Assembly: GCA_964057225.1 (NCBI GenBank)
Contig: OZ059898.1
Location: forward strand, 2,976,001 to 3,040,000
Direction of reading: 5' to 3'
Source of the DNA: Auanema rhodensis
Taxonomy: Eukaryota; Animalia; Nematoda
DNA: 64,000 bases
Numbering within the stretch: position 1 is the stretch's first letter; every line of letters starts with the position of its first letter. The notes under the pieces are model-generated. The model made no database searches. It saw nothing but the letters and a program-made list of their open reading frames with translations, and was not told where the DNA came from. The position numbers and the translations under genes are program-made. This document shows positions 54,274-64,000 of the stretch, one piece after another.

Positions 54274-57200
54274 GAATCTAAAAACATCTACTTTTTGCTA
54301 AATTATTTTGAAATTTTTCGAAAAAATTTTTTTCAAAATTTTTTGGAAGCAATGTTGAGTGTACATGGAAACTCAACATACACTAATGCATCATTTTTCA
54401 AACGATCATAACTAATTTTTGTATTAAGCGTTTTTCAATGTAGTATAGTGCATTCGATGCGGATTTTTAAGCTGCGTCGATCTGTGTTATCAGATTTGCG
54501 CTAGCTTAAAAATGCACCGAGATATCAACTGATATAAGTTCACACTTATATCTTCGATTTTCACCCTGAAGAATTAACTTTTTCGTTGAATAACATTGTC
54601 TATCGTCTTTGCCTTGAAAAATGGAATCTAAAAACATCTACTTTTTGCTAAATTATTTTGAAATTTTTCGAAAAAATTTTTGTCAAAATGTTTTTGGAAG
54701 CAATGTTGAGTGTACATGGAAACTCAACATACACTAATGCATCATTTTTCTAACGATCATAACTAATTTTTGTATTAAGCGTTTCTCAATGTAGTATAGT
54801 GCATTCGATGCGGATTTTTAAGCTGCGTCGATCTGTGTTATCAGATTTGCGCTAGCTTAAAAATGCACCGAGATATCAACTTTTATAAGTTCACACTTAT
54901 ATCCTCGATTTTCACCCTGAAGAATTAATTTTTTCGTTGAATAACATTGTCCATCGTCTTTGCCTTGAAAAATGGAATCTAAAAACATCTACTTTTTGCT
55001 GAATTATTTTAAAATTTTTCGAAAAAATTTCTGTCAAAATGTTTTTGGAAGCAATGTTGAATGTACATGGAAACTCAACATACACTAATGCATCATTTTT
55101 CAAACGATCATAACTAATTTTTGTATCAAGTGTTTCTCAATGTAGTATAGTGCATTCGATGCGGATTTTTAAGCTGCGTCGATCTGTGTTATCAGATTTG
55201 CGCTAGCTTAAAAATGCACCGAGATATCAACTGATATAAGTTCACACTTATATCCTCGATTTTCACCCTGAAGAATTAATTTTTTTGTTGAATAACATTG
55301 TCCATCGTCTTTGCCTTGAAAAATGGAATCTAAAAACATCTACTTTTTGCTAAATTATTTTGAAATTTTTCGAAAAAATTTTTGTCAAAATGTTTTTGGA
55401 AGCAATGTTGAGTGTACATGGAAACTCAACATACACTAATGCATCATTTTTCAAACAATCATAACTAATTTTTGTATTAAGCGTTTCTCAATGTAGTATA
55501 GTGCATTCGATGCGGATTTTTAAGCTGCGTCGATCTGTGTTATCAGATTTGCGCTAGCTTAAAAATGCACCGAGATATCAACTGATATAAGTTCACACTT
55601 ATATCCTCGATTTTCACCCTGAAGAATTAATTTTTTCGTTGAATAACATTGTCCATCGTCTTTGCCTTGAAAAAAGGAATCTAAAAACATCTACTTTTTG
55701 CTAAATTATTTTGAAATTTTTCGAAAAAATTTTTGTCAAAATGTTTTTGGAAGCAATGTTGAGTGTACATGGAAACTCAACATACACTAATGCATCATTT
55801 TTCAAACAATCATAACTAATTTTTGTATTAAGCGTTTCTCAATGTAGTATAGTGCATTCGATGCGGATTTTCAAGCTGCGTCGATCTGTGTTATCAGATT
55901 TGCGCTAGCTTAAAAATGCACCGAGATATCAACTGATATAAGTTCACACATATATACCCGATTTTCACCCTGAAGAATTAATTTTTTCGTTGAATAACAT
56001 TGTCCATCGTCTTTGCCTTGAAAAAAGGAATCTAAAAACATCTACTTTTTGCTAAATTATTTTGAAATTTTTCGAAAAAATTTTTGTCAAAATGTTTTTG
56101 GAAGCAGTGTTGAGTGTACATGGAAACTCAACATACACTAATGCATCATTTTTCAAACGATCATAACTAATTTTTGTATTAAGCGTTTCTCAATGTAGTA
56201 TAGTGCATTCGATGCGGATTTTTAAGCTGCGTCGATCTGTGTTATCAGATTTGCGCTAGCTTAAAAATGCACCGAGATATCAACTGATATAAGTTCACAC
56301 TTATATCCTCGATTTTCACCCTGAAGAATTAATTTTTTCGTTGAATAACATTGTCCATCGTCTTTGCCTTGAAAAATGGAAACTAAAAACATCTACTTTT
56401 TGCTAAATTATTTTGAAATTTTTCGAAAAAATTTTTGTCAAAATGTTTTTGGAAGCAATGTTGAGTGTACATGGAAACTCAACATACACTAATGCATCAT
56501 TTTTCGAACGATCATAACTAATTTTTGTATTAAGCTTTTCTCAATGTAGTATAGTGCATTCGATGCGGATTTTTAAGTTGCGTCGATCTGTGTTATCAGA
56601 TTTGCGCTAGCTTAAAAATGCACCGAGATATCAACTGATATGAGTTCACACTTATATCCTCGATTTTCACCCTGAAGAATTAATTTTTTCGTTGAATAAC
56701 ATCGTCCATCGTCTTTGCCTTGAAAAATGGAATCTAAAAACATCTACGTTTTGCTAAATTATTTTGAAATTTTTCGAAAAAATTTTTGTCAAAATGTTTT
56801 TGGAAGCAATGTTGAGTGTACATGGAAACTCAACATACACTAATGCATCATTTTTCAAACGATTATAACTAATTTTTGTATCAGGCGTTTCTCAATGTAG
56901 TAAAGTGCATTCGATGCGGATTTTTAAGCTGCGTCGATCTGTGTTATCAGATTTGCGCTAGCTTAAAAATGCACCGAGATATCAACTTTTATAAGTTCAC
57001 ACTTATATCCTCGATTTTCACCCTGAAGAATTAATTTTTTCGTTGAATAACATTGTCCATCGTCTTTGCCTTGAAAAATGGAATCTAAAAACATCTACTT
57101 TTTGCTGAATTATTTTAAAATTTTTCGAAAAAATTTCTGTCAAAATGTTTTTGGAAGCAATGTTGAATGTACATGGAAACTCAACATACACTAATGCATC

Positions 57201-58774
57201 ATTTTTCAAACGATCATAACTAATTTTTGTATCAAGTGTTTCTCAATGTAGTATAGTGCATTCGATGCGGATTTTTAAGCTGCGTCGATCTGTGTTATCA
57301 GATTTGCGCTAGCTTAAAAATGCACCGAGATATCAACTGATATAAGTTCACACTTATATCCTCGATTTTCACCCTGAAGAATTAATTTTTTCGTTGAATA
57401 ACATTGTCCATCGTCTTTGCCTTGAAAAATGGAATCTAAAAACATCTACTTTTTGCTAAATTATTTTGAAATTTTTCGAAAAAATTTTTGTCAAAATGTT
57501 TTTGGAAGCAATGTTGAGTGTACATGGAAACTCAACATACACTAATGCATCATTTTTCAAACAATCATAACTAATTTTTGTATTAAGCGTTTCTCAATGT
57601 AGTATAGTGCATTCGATGCGGATTTTCAAGCTGCGTCGATCTGTGTTATCAGATTTGCGCTAGCTTAAAAATGCACCGAGATATCAACTGATATAAGTTC
57701 ACACATATATACCCGATTTTCACCCTGAAGAATTAATTTTTTCGTTGAATAACATTGTCCATCGTCTTTGCCTTGAAAAAAGGAATCTAAAAACATCTAC
57801 TTTTTGCTAAATTATTTTGAAATTTTTCGAAAAAATTTTTGTCAAAATGTTTTTGGAAGCAATGTTGAGTGTACATGGAAACTCAACATACACTAATGCA
57901 TCATTTTTCAAACGATCATAACTAATTTTTGTATTAAGCGTTTCTCAATGTAGTATAGTGCATTCGATGCGGATTTTTAAGCTGCGTCGATCTGTGTTAT
58001 CAGATTTGCGCTAGCTTAAAAATGCACCGAGATATCAACTGATATAAGTTCACACTTATATCCTCGATTTTCACCCTGAAGAATTAATTTTTTCGTTGAA
58101 TAACATTGTCCATCGTCTTTGCCTTGAAAAAAGGAATCTAAAAACATCTACTTTTTGCTAAATTATTTTGAAATTTTTCGAAAAAATTTTTGTCAAAATG
58201 TTTTTGGAAGCAATGTTGAGTGTACATGGAAACTCAACATACACTAATGCATCATTTTTCAAACGATCATAACTAATTTTTGTATTAAGCGTTTCTCAAT
58301 GTAGTATAATGCATTCGATGCGGATTTTTAAGCTGCGTCGATCTGTGTTATCAGATTTGCGCTAGCTTAAAAATGCACCGAGATATCAACTGATATGAGT
58401 TCACACTTATATCCTCGATTTTCACCCTGAAGAATTAATTTTTTCGTTGAATAACATCGTCCATCGTCTTTGCCTTGAAAAATGGAATCTAAAAACATCT
58501 ACTTTTTGCTAAATTATTTTGAAATTTTTCGAAAAAATTTTTGTCAAAATGTTTTTGGAAGCAATGTTGAGTGTACATGGAAACTCAACATACACTAATG
58601 CATCATTTTTCAAACGATTGTAACTAATTTTTGTATCAGGCGTTTCTCAATGTAGTATAGTGCATTCGATGCGGATTTTTAAGCTGCGTCGATCTGTGTT
58701 ATCAGATTTGCGCTAGCTTAAAAATGCACCGAGATATCAACTGATACAAGTTCACACTTATATCCTCGATTTTC

Positions 58775-60178
58775 ACCCTGAAGAAATAATTTTTTCGTTG
58801 AATAACATTGTCCATCGTCTTTGCCTTGAAAAAAGGATTCTAAAAACATCTACTTTTTGCTATATTATTTTGAAATTTTTCGAAAAAATTTCTGTCAAAA
58901 TGTTTTTGGAAGCAATGTTGAATGTACATGGAAACTCAACATACACTAATGCATCATTTTTCAAACGATCATAACTAATTTTTGTATCAAGTGTTTCTCA
59001 ATGTAGTATAGTGCATTCGATGCGGATTTTTAAGCTGCGTCGATCTGTGTTATCAGATTTGCGCTAGCTTAAAAATGCACCGAGATATCAACTGATATAA
59101 GTTCACACTTATATCCTCGATTTTCACCCTGAAGAATTAATTTTTTCGTTGAATAACATTGTCCATCGTCTTTGCCTTGAAAAATGGAATCTAAAAACAT
59201 CTACTTTTTGCTAAATTATTTTGAAATTTTTCGAAAAAATTTTTGTCAAAATGTTTTTGGAAGCAATGTTGAGTGTACATGGAAACTCAACATACACTAA
59301 TGCATCATTTTTCAAACAATCAAAACTAATTTTTGTATTAAGCGTTTCTCAATGTAGTATAGTGCATTCGATGCGGATTTTCAAGCTGCGTCGATCTGTG
59401 TTATCAGATTTGCGCTAGCTTAAAAATGCACCGAGATATCAACTGATACAAGTTCACACATATATACCCGATTTTCACCCTGAAGAAATAATTTTTTCGT
59501 TGAATAACATTGTCCATCGTCTTTGCCTTGAAAAAAGGATTCTAAAAACATCTACTTTTTGCTATATTATTTTGAAATTTTTCGAAAAAATTTCTGTCAA
59601 AATGTTTTTGGAAGCAATGTTGAATGTACATGGAAACTCAACATACACTAATGCATCATTTTTCAAACGATCATAACTAATTTTTGTATCAAGTGTTTCT
59701 CAATGTAGTATAGTGCATTCGATGCGGATTTTTAAGCTGCGTCGATCTGTGTTATCAGATTTGCGCTAGCTTAAAAATGCACCGAGATATCAACTGATAT
59801 AAGTTCACACTTATATCCTCGATTTTCACCCTGAAGAATTAATTTTTTCGTTGAATAACATTGTCCATCGTCTTTGCCTTGAAAAATGGAATCTAAAAAC
59901 ATCTACTTTTTGCTAAATTATTTTGAAATTTTTCGAAAAAATTTTTGTCAAAATGTTTTTGGAAGCAATGTTGAGTGTACATGGAAACTCAACATACACT
60001 AATGCATCATTTTTCAAACAATCAAAACTAATTTTTGTATTAAGCGTTTCTCAATGTAGTATAGTGCATTCGATGCGGATTTTCAAGCTGCGTCGATCTG
60101 TGTTATCAGATTTGCGCTAGCTTAAAAATGCACCGAGATATCAACTGATATAAGTTCACACATATATACCCGATTTTC
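58775..60178 (+). repeat. Tandem duplication of a 2-monomer unit (702 bp)
   Basis: The rare CAATCAAAACT variant and the hybrid GGATTC/TTTCTG monomer repeat at offset 702; ORF-track hits are at 59221/59923. Confidence 0.8.
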
Positions 60179-63100
60179 ACCCTGAAGAATTAATTTTTTC
60201 GTTGAATAACATTGTCCATCGTCTTTGCCTTGAAAAAAGGAATCTAAAAACATCTACTTTTTGCTAAATTATTTTGAAATTTTTCGAAAAAATTTTTGTC
60301 AAAATGTTTTTGGAAGCAATGTTGAGTGTACATGGAAACTCAACATACACTAATGCATCATTTTTCAAACGATCATAACTAATTTTTGTATTAAGCGTTT
60401 CTCAATGTAGTATAGTGCATTCGATGCGGATTTTTAAGCTGCGTCGATCTGTGTTATCAGATTTGCGCTAGCTTAAAAATGCACCGAGATATCAACTGAT
60501 ATAAGTTTACACTTATATCCTCGATTTTCACCCTGAAGAATTAATTTTTTCGTTGAATAACATTGTCCATCGTCTTTGCCTTGAAAAAAGGAATCTAAAA
60601 ACATCTACTTTTTGCTAAATTATTTTGAAATTTTTCGAAAAAATTTTTGTCAAAATGTTTTTGGAAGCAATGTTGAGTGTACATGGAAACTCAACATACA
60701 CTAATGCATCATTTTTCAAACGATCATAACTAATTTTTGTATTAAGCGTTTCTCAATGTAGTATAGTGCATTCGATGCGGATTTTTAAGCTGCGTCGATC
60801 TGTGTTATCAGATTTGCGCTAGCTTAAAAATGCACCGAGATATCAACTGATATGAGTTCACACTTATATCCTCGATTTTCACCCTGAAGAATTAATTTTT
60901 TCGTTGAATAACATCGTCCATCGTCTTTGCCTTGAAAAATGGAATCTAAAAACATCTACTTTTTGCTAAATTATTTTGAAATTTTTCGAAAAAATTTTTG
61001 TCAAAATGTTTTTGGAAGCAATGTTGAGTTTACATGGAAACTCAACATACACTAATGCATCATTTTTCAAACGATTGTAACTAATTTTTGTATCAGGCGT
61101 TTCTCAATGTAGTATAGTGCATTCGATGCGGATTTTTAAGCTGCGTCGATCTGTGTTATCAGATTTGCGCTAGCTTAAAAATGCACCGAGATATCAACTG
61201 ATACAAGTTCACACTTATATCCTCGATTTTCACCCTGAAGAAATAATTTTTTCGTTGAATAACATTGTCCATCGTCTTTGCCTTGAAAAAAGGATTCTAA
61301 AAACATCTACTTTTTGCTATATTATTTTGAAATTTTTCGAAAAAATTTTTGTCAAAATGTTTTTGGAAGCAATGTTGAGTGTACATGGAAACTCAACATA
61401 CACTAATGCATCATTTTTCAAACGATCATAACTAATTTTTGTATCAAGCGTTTCTCAATGTAGTATAGTGCATTCGATGCGGATTTTTAAGCTGCGTCGA
61501 TCTGTGTTATCAGATTTGCGCTAGCTTAGAAATGCACCCAGATATCAACTGATATAAGTTCACACTTATATCCTCGATTTTCACCCTGAAGAATTAACTT
61601 TTTCGTTGAATAACATTGTCTATCGTCTTTGCCTTGAAAAATGGAATCTAAAAACATCTACTTTTTGGTAAATTATTTTGAAATTTTTCGAAAAAATTTT
61701 TGTCAAAATGTTTTTGGAAGCAATGTTGAGTGTACATGGAAACTCAACATACACTAATGCATCATTTTTCAAACGATCATAACTAATTTTTGTATCAAGC
61801 GTTTCTCAATGTAGTATAGTGCATTCGATCCGGATTTTTAAGCTGCGTCGATCTGTGTTATCAGATTTGCGCTAGCTTAGAAATGCACCCAGATATCAAC
61901 TGATATAAGTTCACACTTATATCCTCGATTTTCACCCTGAAGAAATAATTTTTTCGTTGAATAACATTGTCCATCGTCTTTGCCTTGAAAAAAGGAATCT
62001 AAAAACATCTACTTTTTGCTAAATTATTTTGAAATTTTTCGAAAAAATTTTTGTCAAAATTTTTTGGAAGCAATGTTGAGTGTACATGGAAACTCAACAT
62101 ACACTAATGCATCATTTTTCAAACGATCATAACTAATTTTTGTATTAAGCGTTTTTCAATGTAGTATAGTGCATTCGATGCGGATTTTTAAGCTGCGTCG
62201 ATCTGTGTTATCACATTTGCGCTAGCTTAAAAATGCACCGAGATATCAACTGATATAAGTTCACACTTATATCCTCGATTTTCACCCTGAAGAAATAATT
62301 TTTTCGTTGAATAACATTGTCCATCGTCTTTGCCTTGAAAAAAGGAATCTAAAAACATCTACTTTTTGCTAAATTATTTTGAAATTTTTCGAAAAAATTT
62401 TTGTCAAAATTTTTTGGAAGCAATGTTGAGTGTACATGGAAACTCAACATACACTAATGCATCATTTTTCAAACGATCATAACTAATTTTTGTATTAAGC
62501 GTTTCTCAATGTAGTATAGTTCATTCGATGCGGATTTTTAAGCTGCGTCGATCTGTGTTATCAGATTTGCGCTAGCTTAAAAATGCACCGAGATATCAAC
62601 TGATATAAGTTTACACTTATATCCTCGATTTTCACCCTGAAGAATTAATTTTTTCGTTGAATAACATTGTCCATCGTCTTTGCCTTGAAAAAAGGAATCT
62701 AAAAACATCTACTTTTTGCTAAATTATTTTGAAATTTTTCGAAAAAATTTTTGTCAAAATGTTTTTGGAAGCAATGTTGAGTGTACATGGAAACTCAACA
62801 TACACTAATGCATCATTTTTCAAACGATCATAACTAATTTTTGTATTAAGCGTTTCTCAATGTAGTATAGTGCATTCGATGCGGATTTTTAAGCTGCGTC
62901 GATCTGTGTTATCAGATTTGCGCTAGCTTAAAAATGCACCGAGATATCAACTGATACAAGTTCACACTTATATCCTCGATTTTCACCCTGAAGAAATAAT
63001 TTTTTCGTTGAATAACATTGTCCATCGTCTTTGCCTTGAAAAAAGGATTCTAAAAACATCTACTTTTTGCTATATTATTTTGAAATTTTTCGAAAAAATT

Positions 63101-64000
63101 TTTGTCAAAATGTTTTTGGAAGCAATGTTGAGTGTACATGGAAACTCAACATACACTAATGCATCATTTTTCAAACGATCATAACTAATTTTTGTATCAA
63201 GCGTTTCTCAATGTAGTATAGTGCATTCGATGCGGATTTTTAAGCTGCGTCGATCTGTGTTATCAGATTTGCGCTAGCTTAGAAATGCACCCAGATATCA
63301 ACTGATATAAGTTCACACTTATATCCTCGATTTTCACCCTGAAGAATTAACTTTTTCGTTGAATAACATTGTCTATCGTCTTTGCCTTGAAAAATGGAAT
63401 CTAAAAACATCTACTTTTTGGTAAATTATTTTGAAATTTTTCGAAAAAATTTTTGTCAAAATGTTTTTGGAAGCAATGTTGAGTGTACATGGAAACTCAA
63501 CATACACTAATGCATCATTTTTCAAACGATCATAACTAATTTTTGTATCAAGCGTTTCTCAATGTAGTATAGTGCATTCGATCCGGATTTTTAAGCTGCG
63601 TCGATCTGTGTTATCAGATTTGCGCTAGCTTAAAAATGCACCGAGATATCAACTGATATAAGTTCACACTTATATCCTCGATTTTCACCCTGAAGAAATA
63701 ATTTTTTCGTTGAATAACATTGTCCATCGTCTTTGCCTTGAAAAAAGGAATCTAAAAACATCTACTTTTTGCTAAATTATTTTGAAATTTTTCGAAAAAA
63801 TTTTTGTCAAAATTTTTTGGAAGCAATGTTGAGTGTACATGGAAACTCAACATACACTAATGCATCATTTTTCAAACGATCATAACTAATTTTTGTATTA
63901 AGCGTTTTTCAATGTAGTATAGTGCATTCGATGCGGATTTTTAAGCTGCGTCGATCTGTGTTATCAGATTTGCGCTAGCTTAAAAATGCACCGAGATATC

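Larger units (their letters stand above)
15140..64000 (+). repeat. 351-bp tandem satellite, forward block 2 (~139 monomers, some 350/349 bp)
   Basis: Resumes at monomer position 26 (CAATGTAGT). Monomer starts at 17221 and 24241 are shifted +21 relative to block 1. From 24.2 kb some monomers lack the G of AAAATGTTTTTGG and are 350 bp. Confidence 0.99.

Noticed and set aside
43332-57209. Twelve minus-strand 63-aa ORFs (MKNDAL...)
   Set aside because: They are a by-product of the GCTAAA>GCTGAA SNP (TAG>CAG on the minus strand) in one monomer class. The start is TTG and there is no coding evidence, so they serve only as class markers.
19223-60120. Five plus-strand 65-aa ORFs (MKFFEK...)
   Set aside because: They have a TTG start inside the satellite and exist only where TCATAA mutated to TCATAT or TCAAAA. 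The frame is stopped in nearly all other monomers, and the peptide has no recognisable domain.
1-64000. CRISPR array or repeat-spacer system
   Set aside because: There are no unique spacers: the whole 351-bp unit repeats, and no cas or other genes are present.

Overview
The whole 64 kb window is one AT-rich (~31% GC by hand count of monomer 1) tandem satellite array of a 351-bp monomer, about 182 copies that differ by only a few substitutions. It looks like eukaryotic (peri)centromeric or heterochromatic satellite DNA; I cannot identify the organism or family. I find no credible genes: all listed ORFs are satellite monomers in which a SNP removed a stop codon. The main structural event is a 2.3-kb inverted block (12824-15139). 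Its left junction carries a 19-bp iterative templated insertion, both junctions show microhomology, and it contains an internal 250-bp deletion. The losses and gain sum exactly to the +21 bp register shift across the block, consistent with an in-place inversion repaired by microhomology-mediated (Pol theta-like) end joining. The monomer is a chain of four dyad symmetries, and several breakpoints fall in them. Diagnostic SNPs show regional variant domains, local 2-, 3-, 4-, 6/8-, 7- and 8-mer duplications (incipient higher-order repeats) and recombinant monomers. All comparisons were made by eye.
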